The translations under genes and the position numbers were made by a program. A DNA stretch of 64,000 nt from assembly GCA_004431415.1 (NCBI GenBank), contig QPMI01000044.1:372001-436000 (forward strand), read 5' to 3'. The DNA is from Cyanophora paradoxa CCMP329. Its lineage: Eukaryota; Plantae; Glaucophyta. Below are positions 21,542-33,362 of this stretch, piece after piece. The stretch's first letter is position 1. Every line of letters starts with the position of its first letter. The notes under the pieces are model-generated. The model worked only from the letters and a program-made list of their open reading frames with translations. It did no database searches and had not been told where the DNA came from.

Positions 21542-24500
21542 TCAGCGGGCCAGGGCCGCCTGGAGGGGCAGGGGGCTCAGCGGGGGGGGAGGGAGCGCCC
21601 CGAAGGCCGGGGCCTGGATGTGGTACGCCGGAGACGCGGGGGGCAGGGGGGGCAGGAAGGCCTGCGGGGGGAGCGGGGGCAGGGGCACGCGGGGTGGCGC
21701 CGGGGCCTGGACCTGGGCGAACGGGGGGGAGAAGGACGACGCCGTCGTGCCCAGGTACGAGAGGCCGCCGGAGCCGGGGGGAGGGGGGGCGTGCGCGGCG
21801 TGGGGCCCGGTGAGGGAGGGCCAGGGGGCGGGCGGGGGTACGGGGGCGAGCGGGGAGTTGGAGGGGATGTAGAGGGGGCTCCGGGAGGCGAGGGAGGCGC
21901 CCGAGGGCGGCTGGGAGTGGAAGCGGAGGGACGTGGCCGGCGAGGACCCGAGCTGCGCCTCCAGCGCCGCCGACAGGCGCCGCGCAACGGCCGCGTGGTG
22001 CGCCGCCGCGCCCCCGGCCCCGGCCCCGGCCCCGCCCCCGCCGCTGTTCTCGCCCCAGGCGCCGAAGCCCGTCCCGGACTCGGACTCCTTTCGCCGCAGC
22101 CGTACCGACGAGTGGCGCCGCGCCTGCGGCTGCTCCTCCTGCGGGCGGCTAAGGCGAGGGGGGGTACACGCAACGACGAGCGGGGGCGGCGCGCACGGCG
22201 GGGGCGGCGTCCGCGGCGGCGGGGGGTACGACGGGAGAGGAGATGGAGCGGCGGCGGAGGGAGGCGGCGGCGGCGGCCGCGGCCACGCGCCCGTCCTTCC
22301 CCGCGGGCCCGAAGGACGGCTGCACCAGCTGGATGCTCGGGCGCCAGCTCTGCGCACGAAGGCCCGGCCCCGGGTCAGCAGGCCGGCTGGCCGGCTAGCC
22401 TAATCCACGCGAAACGAAACGCCCAAATTCGAAGGCCCTCAGACGCGGGCGGGGCGGGCCGGGCGGGGCGCACCCCGCCTGGGCCCCCGCCTGGGCCCGG
22501 GGAGAGGGAGTGGGAGCGCCCGAGGGGCGCGGCGTGCGAGGCCGGCGCGCTCCGCGTCGACAGGAGGGGCCCGCCCCTGCGCGGGCGCATCAGATGGTGC
22601 GATGCGCAGGGCTATAGCTATATCGAATCTCGGGTTCAGTCCGGATCGATCGCGCGGGCCCCGCGCACCGGAACGACGAATTGCGCGAGTCTGCGTCGTC
22701 GCCGCCCTGCTCCGCAGCGTTCGCGGCAGCGGCGGCGGCGGCGGCAGCAGCAGCAATGTCGCCCCCGGGGCGCGAGACCGACGAGCGCCGCCGCTGCGGG
22801 GGCGGAGCAGGGTCGGGTCGGGCGGGTCAGACGCACAGCGAAACCTCAGGCGACTAGGCTAAGGATGAGTCTAGCCTCAGGCGGAGAATGAATGAATGAA
22901 GCCAAGGTGAAGGAGCGGAGAGGGAAAAGAAATTCGAAGGCAAGGGAAAGGTAGAAGGAGAACGGAGGCGGGCCGCGGACGGCGGGCGGCGCTCGCTCGG
23001 TGGTAAGGTGTGGCGGTAGAGTTAAGGTGTGTGTTAAGACTCTGCCCTGTCGGGCAACCCTGACGAGCTCAACTCTGGGTGTCCTTTACGGCGCGAACGA
23101 AGGCTGCCCTGCTCGCACTGGGTCTCCTTTATTATCAACTCTGACTTTAAGCCACCTTGGGCCGTCCCTCCGCCGTCCCTTTAGGAGAACGGAGGCGGGC
23201 GGCGGGCGGCGGGGAGCGCTCGCTCGCTCGCTCGCTCGCTGCCCTGTCGGGCAACCCTGGCACGCGCGCCTTGCACGCGTTCGGTGCCCTTTACCTACTC
23301 TGACTCTAAGCCATCTCGGGCCGGCGCCATCCCTCCGGGGATCTGCATCTCGACGGGGGACGAGCGCCGCCGATAGCCCGAGGCGGCTTAGGTGCGGCGC
23401 TAGAGTTGAGACTCTGCCCTGGCAACTCTGGCACGCCTGCCTGGCAACTTTAACTCTAACCCTGGCACGCCTGCCTGGCAACTCTAACTCCAAGCCACCT
23501 CGACTCTAAGCCATCTATCTCTCCGCACCTCCGGGCCACTCTAGCCAGCCATCTAACTCCAACTCCACGCCGCCTCGACTCTAAGCCATCTCTCGCTCGC
23601 TCGCTCACCTCGACGGGGGCGCGGGAGACGGAGGAGCGCCGGCGCTGCCAGTGGCGCTCCGGCTCCTCCGGCTCCTCCGCGCTGCGCCCGGGCGCCCCGT
23701 TAGGGCGCCCCGCCATAGAAGAGGCGACCCGCGGGGCCTTGGGCGGCTCTGGAAGGAAGGCGCGGCGCGCGGGGCTTTAGGCGGCCGGCGCTCCAGAGCC
23801 CGGCCCCGAGACTAGAGGCGAGGGGGCAAGACGACCCAGAGTGGGCGTGGGGGCGGGCGGGCGGCGGGCGGGCGGGCGGGCGGGCGGGCGGGGGCCTCGT
23901 GTAAGAGAGTACGAGAATCTTGTGTGAGAGGGCTTAAGACTTCTTGTGTGGACCTTAGGCTTCAGACAGGCGGGCGGGCGGGAGGGCGGGCGGGCGGGAG
24001 GGGGCGGGCGGGGGCGAGGGGGCGGACCTGGGGAGGCAGCCGGGCATAGAGCGGGCCGAGTCGATGGCGCGCTTTAATTCCTGCTTTGCGAACGAAGTTA
24101 GCGGGAGGGGGGGGGCGAGCCTGGGGGGACTTCGTTCGCTCGCGCCTTGTCGTCCCAGAAGGAGAGGCGCCGCGTGGAGACGCCCCCGCCCCCCGGGCTT
24201 GTCAAGTCGGCCGCATCGCCCGTCTGGAGGCGGGCGGCTCAGCGCTCAGTGAGGAGGCAATGAGGGGGGAAGCGAGGGGAGGGTACCGCGTTCGCGGCGG
24301 CGGCCAACGCCGCGCGAGCGCCGGCTGCTGAGGTGGGCGAGAGCGTTCCCGACCCAATCTGGCCCCGCGACTGCACCCCGGGACGTGGTTCTCAGCGGGG
24401 TACGGGGTGCGCAAAGGGGTTGCACGCGCCTGGGCTTCGGCGGCGGCGGCGGCGAGGAGGGAGGCGGGGGGCGGGGGCACGAAGCTGGCGCGCCGCACGG

Positions 24501-27500
24501 AGCGCCGCGGGGCGGGGAGGGCGTCCTCGTGGGCCGGGTCCCCGCCGCCCTCGGCCTGGGCGGGCGCCGGGGTCGCTCCCTTCTCCCCCTCTCCGCCCGC
24601 CAGCTGCGCGAATCTCTCGTTCAGAAGACGGGCGATGGTACAGAGAGAAGAAGAAGAAAGAAAGAAACGGGGCACCCCCTCGGCCTCGGAGAAGCGCATG
24701 GGGCGGCCCTGGCGGAGGCACGCGAGGGCGGCGCGGGCGCGGGCCCGCAGCTCCGCGGGGGGCGACGCCGCCTCGCCCCCGGCGGCCGCCGCCTGCAAGA
24801 GCGGAGCGTAAGAAAAGGGCGGCGGCGGCGGCGGCGGGAACAGAGTGGAGCTTGGGATAGAAAGTGCAGGAGAAAGTGATCTTAGATCTTCTAGGTTAGA
24901 GACCGACCTGGAGGAATCCGACTGCGGCGGGGCTTGCGGCGACGAGGCTCAGACCGGCCTCGCACGCCGTCAGCGTCGCCAGCAGGTACGTCGCGTCCTC
25001 CCCCTGCGCCGGGGTACGGCGGGTCGGTCGCTGTCGGGCGCGGGAGTCGTCTGCGAGAGCTGTCCTCCAGCTCTATCTGTTCATCGATCTATTTTTAGGT
25101 GCGGAGGGGGGCGGGTACCGGGGTCCAGGGCCCCCCGCACTGGGCGGCCTCCTCGAAGGAGGGGTCGGGGGGCGCCTCGAGGCCCGCTCCGCCCGCCACC
25201 TGCGCCCGCCCGCCCGCCCCGCGCCTCAGAGTCGAAGAGGGGGAGCGGGGGGCGGGGGGGGAGGGGAGGGGGGGTAGAGGACCTGGACGAGGGCGTAAAG
25301 GCGGTCGGGCTCGGCGAGCAGCCGCGCGGCCGCCTCCTCCCCTGCGCCCGCCCCGCCGGCCGCGTTTACCAGCTGCAGGAGGCCGGGCGCTTGTAGCCAG
25401 CCTAACTTCTAGCCGGGCGCTTCGGGCGCTTCGGTCGCTAGCTAGCTGGCTAGCAAGGGCTCTAGCCAGCCTAGCTAGTTGGGAGGCGGGCGGGCGGGAC
25501 GGGCAAGCGAGGCGGGGGCGGGGGCGGGGGCGGGCGGACGGGGGCGGACCGGTGAGCTTGGAGAGGTCGCGGCGGAGGGAGAAGCCGGCCGGGCCCAGCT
25601 TGGCGGCCTCCGCCTGCGAAACGAGGAGGGGAAGAGGAGGAGGAAGGCGGTTAGGAGGGCGGGAGGGGCCCCAGCCCCCGCGCACGCCCCTCTCTACCCT
25701 CTACCCCCTACCCTCTACCCCCCCCCCCTCTTTTCGGACCTCGGCGTCGCGCTCGGCCTGGGCGGCGATCCAGTCGGGGGCCTCGAGCTCGCCTGTGTCC
25801 ATCGCCGCCAGCCGCACCGCCCGCAGCGCTGCCGTCCGGCGGGAGGCGGTTACGTTGGGGCGAGTCTAGATCTAGCTTGGGCTTCGTTCGCTCGCTCTCG
25901 GGCGGGCGGGCGGACCCGGGGGGACGAGGGGCGCGGCTTCGGGCCCCCGCGCGCAGGCGGCCGCCGCGATCGGCGGCAGCTCCCGCGCCAGCCGCTGCCG
26001 GTACCGCCCTGGCAGAGGAAAGGGGGGGGGGTACAGTTAGCGTCGGCCGGGCGGCCTCGGCTGGCAGGGGAGGGGGGGGGTACCGGTCTGCATGAATCCG
26101 GCGAGGGCGCGCAGACCGAGCCCGACCAGCTCCGGCTCCGGGTGGCTGGGTAGGGGATTAGGGGGAGGGGGGGTGAAGCGGATGGGGGGTAGGCCCACCT
26201 CGCGAGCTGGTACGCGGCGCGCAGCCCGCCCGCTTTCTCGAGCTCCGGGTGCGTCGGGACTGGTCCGGGGGGGTCGGGGGAGGAAGAGGAGGGGGTACAC
26301 GCGAGTTAGATGGGTACGGACCGTGCAGGGCGAGGTAGGCGAGCAGCCGCGCGGGGGATACGCGCTGGAGCGCGGGGTCAGGGGGGCCGGGGTGGGAGGG
26401 GGGTACGGCGGTTTTCGCACGTAGCGGTTCTGGCGCATCGGGTTGCGCAGGTCGTCCACGGCCACCGCGTGTACTCCCGCCTCCACGAAGGGACCCCGCA
26501 GCGCCGGCCACTGCGCGCACCCGCGCTCAGGAGGGGCAGGGAGGAGCCCGAGGGGGGTACGGCGGCGCACCCGGGCCATCGCGGCGACGACGGCGTACGC
26601 CCTCTCCATGACCTCCACCTGTACCCCTCGAGTGAGGTCGCAAGAAGGGGGAAGAGGCCCGCGGGGGGTACGCGTGCGCACGCTGGGACAGTCGCGGCCC
26701 AGCGCGAGGACCTTCAGTACCCCTTCCCTCCCTAGCGCCTCGAAGAGCTGCTGGGCCACTGGCGGGGGACTTGAGATACTTTGGGGTGGGGGGAGCGGGA
26801 GGGGACTACCGGCAGCCGAGGCGCCAGCGGCGTCGAGCATCAGGTGGATGGCGGCGGGGAGCGTCGGGAGCTGCGCGCGGGAGCCGCAGCGTCAGCGCGG
26901 ACCGGCGACGACTCGCAAAACGAAGCGGCCGCGCCGCACCTTTCCCTCAATGAAGTACGCCTTAGCGAGGGGCAAGAGCCCCTGGTGGTGCTCGAAGAGT
27001 ACCCCCGTGCCGGCCTTGGCCCCGTTGCGGTAGAGGAGGTGCAGGGCGCGCATCCCCTCCGCCGCCGTTTTCGGGTCCAGGGACGAGCGCGCGTCCACGA
27101 GGCCAGCCGCGATGTAGTCGTGGAATCCGTCCTGCTCGGATTCGAACGCGCGATAGGAGGAGCGGGGCGCAGGCGCGGGCGGGCGGGCGGACGGACCTGA
27201 GCCAGGTCACAGGCAACCCCGTTCTGGCCGGACTCGTCTGGCGCCAGTACGATGAGACGGGCGCGGCGCGGCGCAGCTAGCCCGCGCTCCGGGTGAGGGT
27301 ACCGTGGGACAGGGCGTTCCACGCGCGGCGGATCTCCGACTGCAGAGTGCTGACGGAGCCACGCCGTGCGAAGACGTATGCGATCCTGGCCAGTGGGGCG
27401 GGCGGGCGGGAAGGGCGGTCAGAATGTGGCCGACGGCTCCAGCCGGATGTCTGGAGCACGTAGCTATAGCTAGCGATGCGGAGCGGTGCGCGTCGCAAAG

Positions 27501-27774
27501 CGGCGTGCGCGAGGGCTATGCGCTATCCAATCGGGTAAGGGCGCACGAGGAGGGCCTCCGCCTTGCTGTCTTCTTGAGCGCATACTTGCTAGAAGGACCC
27601 TCCGCTGCCTCGCGACCGTGCTCCTTGCCCTCTGCAGCGAGGGGAATCAAGAGCTGGCGGGACACGACTCGGAGCGGCGTCGGGCTCCTGCACGATCGGA
27701 CCGAGGCACGGCGCACCCGCTGCCGGGACAGGTGCTCCCGCCGCAGCCGACTGGGCGCCGCACACGCCCCCCAT
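21542..27774 (-). CDS. N-acylated armadillo/HEAT-like repeat protein with long low-complexity Pro/Ser/Arg-rich C-terminus (may be two genes)
   Basis: Start MGGVCGAQS (Gly2, Cys5). Helical exons AAEGMRALHLLY, QLFEALGREGVLKVLALG, VEVMERAYAVVAAMAR, LRGPFVEAGVHAVAVDDL, ARLLAYLAL, ATYLLATLTACEAGLSLVAASPAAVGFLQ. Later exons carry RRRSS motifs, and the terminal Pro-rich ORF ends at 21542. Confidence 0.55.
24024..24489 (-). repeat. Copy A of ~0.5 kb inverted dispersed duplication (partner 45589-46095)
   Basis: Long near-identical blocks in reverse complement, e.g. ctccacgcggcgcctctccttctgggacgacaaggcgcgagcgaacgaagtccccc. Confidence 0.9.
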
Positions 27775-27991
27775 GGCACTGCCCCGTCAGGAAGGTTGCG
27801 AAAGTCTAGATCTGCTAGTCGAGAAGCATCCGCCGGGAGCGCGCTAGCGTTCGGGCCATGCTCTACAGATTGCCTTGTTAACGGGCTAGCTGGCGGTTTC
27901 GGGCGATCCTAACCGCGTCTTGCTGGGAATTTGCTGTACCCCTCTCGCAGTAGTGTGTACTAGTGTCACAGTGTGAAAACTCTTTCTCAGC

Positions 27992-29433
27992 ATGGCCTTC
28001 GTCTCCGCCATCCCCGTGCTCTCGGCCGGCATCGCCGTGGCGCCGTGCTCGTCCACATGCGCTGCAGCGCCGGCTCGCCGCACCAGCCTAAAGAGCGCCT
28101 TCTCGGGCCAGACTGCAGTCGGCCACAAGTTCGCCGCTGCACCCATCTCCTTCGCTTTCCGTGCTCCGATCACCTTCCGGCCTGTCCCTGTCTGCTCCGC
28201 CCAGGCAACCAGTGCGCACAAAAAAGGTTGGCGTCGTCCTGGTCCGGCTGACGTCCGGCGGCAGGCAATCGCGTTAACATCGACACGGCTGACAATGACT
28301 TCGTCGTGACCGTCGAGGCCGCCGATCGGGAAGGTGCCACACCCGTCATTCCCGCTCGGCCCTGCCCGTCACGGCCCGTCCCCCTGCACGGCCGAGTATC
28401 AGACAAGGATGCGACTGAAACCCATAGACTCCTAGCCCCGCCCCTGCTTCCGCGGCCAGCTGGGCACCGGCCTCACCAGTTGCATACGTGCAATCAGGGC
28501 TGCTCGAGGGGCTCCTCGCGATCTTCCGCGGCTTCGGCTTTGCGGTCAGCAAAGCGTCCGTTCAAACCGTGAACACCCAGGTGCGCTTGATCCTGTGATG
28601 ACCCGGTGGTTGTGCCCCGGGACATGGCGAGCCGCCGCGCGTAGGTCCACGACGTGTTCCACATCCGCCACACGGAGATCACTGATGCGCAGGCGCTTAA
28701 CAATGACATCCTGCCGAGGTGCACGCGCCCGACGCTCGGCCGAGTTGATGCGCGCTTACGGCGTCTCTGCAGCTTGCAGGACGCACTAATGAAGGAGATC
28801 GGCGCGCCGGCCAAGCCGAAGACCGGCAACGTTCGCCACTGCAACGTCAACCTGAAGGGCAACCGGGTGCGATAACCCGAGAGAGATTGCCGCGGCGGCG
28901 GGGCTGCAGCACAGCAGGCTGACAACCGCCTGAACTCGAAGGTCTTCGTGGCGGACAACGCGGCGGGCACGGAGAGCGAGATCAGCGTCGAGACCACGGA
29001 CCGTTCGCACCTCCTCCACGAGCTCGTCGTGCGTGCCGCTGGCTCCGCCGCGCCGCGCCGCCCCGCGCCCCGCTGAGCGCGCCGCCGCCGTCGCCACCAG
29101 AGCACGATGAAGTACCTCGAGCTGAACGTGCACTCGGCTGAGATCTCGACGGAGGGCGACCGCGTGTTCGACAAGTTCGTCGTCTCGTCCAAGGGCAAGT
29201 CCCTCTCGGAGGGCAGGAAGGCGGCAATCGTCAACGGTGCGGCCCCGCGCCGCGCCGGATTTGGATTTGAATTTGATCGCGCTCGCTTTTCTCAGCCCTT
29301 ACGACGGTCCTCCTGTGCGACCCGGGCTCGAACGTCATCTCTGGTGCTTTGCTTTTTCTTCTTCTAATGTTCCTTTTTGTTTGGTTTTCTAACCTCGCGG
29401 CGTTCCTCTACAGACGACCACGACTCGTACTAA
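27992..29433 (+). CDS. Plastid-targeted two-ACT-domain protein, ACR11/ACR12-like
   Basis: Transit peptide MAFVSAIPVL...KSAFSGQ. ACT1 VVTVEAADREGLLEGLLAIFRGFGFAVSKASVQT..VHDVFHI. ACT2 SEISVETTDRSHLLHELVSTMKYLELNVHSAEISTEGDRVFDKFVV. C-terminus ..DDHDSY* resembles plant ACR12 (..DSY). Nine exons, with GT-AG introns preserving frame. Confidence 0.88.
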
Positions 29434-30577
29434 GCGCGCTCCGCGCGCGCCGTCGAAGCATCGGAGACTTTCCGGCCTTCCTTCTTTCGAATCCGACTCC
29501 GCATCTGCACCAGTGAAGCGTAGATGCTGTAGACCAGATGTAGCATTATCGCAGTGGGTACGGTAGGTCTGAGAGCCTGGCGGTAGCTATAGCTCTTAGG
29601 CGTTTTGACCTGCACAGTTTTTCAATGGTGTAAATTCGAGGACAGCCCGCGATCGCATCCCTGGCGATCGCGACACTACTTGCGCATGCCTGCCAGCTGC
29701 GCGCGGCTGCATGCTCCCTTACGTGTACAGCAATGCCCGCGCGCGGCCGGGTCCCGGGCGCCGCTACCGCTAGCGCTAGCGCTCGGCCGGGCGCCGGCAG
29801 CCTGATTAACCTGCCGCAGCGCAGCTAGCGCGCATATATATATGCATGCTGGGCCAGGATCTTGGAACTCGGCGGGGAAAACATAATCGATATACTTGCA
29901 TTGCCATCTTTCAGAGATTACAATCTCTCGCGAATACGTACGTACGCACTATAAGGCAACTACATGAATACAAATACGCAAACATGCAAAAGCTACACGT
30001 ACAGGGGGCCCTAGGATCGGATACCGATGCTTGCTGATCGCTCGAATCCGGAAAGCCTGGGGAGCATAGGGGGATAAATTAAGCGACCTTCGTCTACAGC
30101 GCGTCTAAAACGTTTAAACTACAAACTACGTATATATATACAAGGGCTGTAGAAGACGGAATTGGACACTGTGCAGGACGGAATTTACGTGAAATAACCC
30201 TGTCTAAAATGCGGACCCGTAGGATCCGGAGGCGATACACTGCTGAGTGTCTGCTCGTTCTCGAACGGGCCTTCAAATCAAATCGACTGCAGAACATGAA
30301 AAAGAGAAACCGCACGACGGGCCAAAAAGGATGCGGTAGTTAAGTGAACGTACGTTACTAAAGTTGAAGGAAAAATTCTAAACGGTAGCTGAAAGAAACA
30401 CGGGACTCGTACACTCAGGAACGCACACTGGCAGCCTGACTCCAACAAAAAAGCGGGTCTATACAAATTCGAAATGATATATATATAATGCGCGGCCCGG
30501 CCGCCCGGGGCCGGGGCCGAGAGAGGTGGGCCGGGCGCCGATGGGGGCCACCGAGTACCCCCCGCCGCGCGCCTCGG

Positions 30578-32963
30578 TCAGCGGCGTACGAGGAGGGCGG
30601 CCGCCGCCGGGGAGAGAGTGTGGCCGGGGTACCGGTACGGGGCCGGCGCGGCCCGGGCGGGCGAGGTGGGAAGGAGGCTGACGGGCCGTGGGGGGGAGGG
30701 GTGCCGGGGTACGGGGGGCAGCGTCGCACCCAGGCCGGCGAGCCAGGCGGGGGGAGGGGGGCTGGCCCCCGGATCCATCGGCGCCGGATTCGCGAACGAG
30801 AACGCGTAGAATTGAGCGTTCGCCTGAGCGTTCGTCTGCGGGCTCCAGACGGGGGGAACGGGCGCCCGGGCCCCCGCGCGGGCCTCCGGCTCGTCGTCGC
30901 TCGAGCAGTCCTCATCCGAGTCCGGCCCGCCGCGCCGCCCGCGGGACGCCGAGCGGCCCTGCTCGAACCCTCGGGTTCGAATCTCGACTGGGAGGGGTAC
31001 AAGGTTTGGTCGCACCCGCTTGTGCGAGCCCGCCTGCGGCGCCTTGCGCCCGGTGGGGCTGCTGGAGGGAGTCGCGACGTCCCGCGCCCGCGTGCGGGCC
31101 CGCTTGGCCTGGGGGTACGCCGCCGCCGCGATCTCCGGGTCCTCCTTCTCCTCCTCCCCGCTCTCGCCGGCGTCCTTTGCGGCTTGCTGCGCGCGGCTTG
31201 AGCGGAGCGAGCGGGCTGGGTGGGAAGGAAGAGGGAGAGGGCGCTTGCCTTGGCGCGCTGGCGGCTGTGGTGGAGGAAATTGAGTACCCGCCGGACCTGC
31301 TGGAAGCCGCCTGCGCCCGGCCGGCTCGGATCAAATTTGGATCAAATTACATTTCTAAATTCGAATCCGGCGCACGCTTCGAGTCCGGGTTGGCCTTCAG
31401 CTCCACCTCGGCCTCCGCGACGGTCTCGCGGTGCTGCGAGCCGACCGGATCAAATTCGGATCGAATCTCTCTCGGATCGAATCCCGCACCTTTGCCGCGG
31501 TCGCATGGTCGATCTCGCCCTTACCCAGCGACTTCGTGATCCTGCCGCGAGCGGAGCGTGAGCGGCAGAGGACAGAGGACAGCGCAGGGGCGCGCGCGCA
31601 CATCTCGCGGCAGTGGGCGAGGCACTCGAACTTGCGCCAGGGCCAGCGGTTGATCCCGTACGAGCGCACTGCGGCCGTCCGCGTCAGCGCTCGGAGGAAG
31701 AAGAGGCGAAGGCGCATGCGAGGCGGGCGGGCGGGCGCACCGATCTTCTTGAGGATCGTCTCGGAGATGCGGAGCTCGGCCGCGGCCCGCTTGATCGGCT
31801 GCGGCGAGGGAATTCGATCCGCGTCAGAACTTGACACGTCAAACTGATCCCGAATCCCGCGGGCCGCACGAACCATCGCGAAGAGGGCGACCAGCTGCTC
31901 GCGCGTCGGCTTCACGGCGGGATACTCGGGGAACGCCTTCGGAGCATCTCCGCCGCCGATGCCGGCTCCGGCGCCGTCCTTCCGAGGGCTGCCCCCGTCC
32001 TCCTCCTCCTTCATCGCCGCGGGCGGAGGTGACTGCGCGATGCGTAAGCGCGGCTCGCAGCCCTAGGTTCGGAGGGGACAGGCGAGGGGCACCTGCCGGC
32101 CGGCGATGGCCTGGAGCGGTCGGCGCGTGCGCTGGCCCTATGATTCGGCCGGTCAGGGTCGATAATTGGGCCGCGCGGCGGACGCCCAGAAACGCACCGG
32201 CGACAACGCGACGGCGCGGACGACAGTGGAGGCCTTCACAGCGTCCGACGACCCCGATTCGTCAGCGATGGGGACCGGGGACGGTGACGGGCTGTCTTCG
32301 CTGTCGGACGGGCTGTCGGCAGAGGCACCCTCCTGCTGCGAGCGGGTCCTGTCAGCTGAAGCGTTGGCGGATGCATGTTTGCGGGCGTGGCGGACGGTCG
32401 GGAGGGAGCGCGGGCGAAGGCGCGGGTCATCGAAGGACGCGCCCTCCAGAAGCCGAATTATGGATGCGTCGCTGCCGCAGGACTGCGGCGTGCACGGCTC
32501 GTGACCTGACCCCAGCCCGTGCTCGGCACGGAGAGCCGCGAGGCGGCCGGAGTCGACCGGACTGCAATTGGGGCCCCGTAAAAAGGGCGGTTCGGTGACC
32601 GAGAAGTTCTGCGGGAGGAGCAGGTGCAGAGAGGCCTAAAATGGCGATAAGCGTCGAAATTTGCGCGTATGGCACGCAGGAGTTGGGACCACGCACAGAG
32701 ACAGCGGCAGAAGGACCTGTGACCGGTGAGAAGAGGAATCCGAAATGCTGCGGGTCGAGCTGCGCTGGCCCCCTCCGGCTCGCCCTGTCGCCTGCGCCGT
32801 CCGCCGCGCAGTCGGGCGCTCTCTCCGCGCCCGCCGCGCTCCACTGGAGCTGGTCATCGGGCTCAAGCGAGAACATGGAGTCCAGCTCCAAGAAGGTGAG
32901 CTCAGCCAAGCAGCTCCTGCTCGCTGGACTGATGAGCTGGCGCTGCTGAGGGCTGGGCCGCAT
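30578..32963 (-). CDS. RWP-RK domain transcription factor
   Basis: KPTREQLVALFAM|PIKRAAAELRISETILKKI|VRSYGINRWPWRKF (31620-31910) is the RWP-RK signature, with low-complexity flanks. Start and end approximate. Confidence 0.85.
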
Positions 32964-33362
32964 TTTGCTCCTTGGTGCCCTGCGGTGGTGGATGCGAACT
33001 GAGAGTTCGGAGCTTGATGGCTAAAAATCGAGATGGGGGAACGACGAAAAAAAGCTTGACAGGACGGGAGCTAGCAGCTCCGCAAGAGCGCGTGGAGCTC
33101 GGCCATCGGCGGAGAGGCGAAAGGAGCGAGCACGCGCGCAGCATCAGAGGGCCACGCGCTGCTTGCGCGCACCGGAGCCGCGGGTGGACACTCGGCGGAG
33201 ACGCGATTGAGTTCGCCTGGGTTGACAGGTCGGTCTCAGACTTCGCAGGAACATTGCCAGTGCATCGCGCACCGTGTTTCCGACGCCCGATCCCCCCGGG
33301 ACTCGCTGCGCCGGCCGCCGGCTGCTTCGCGTTTCCTGATCACGTACCCCCTTCGAGGATCA

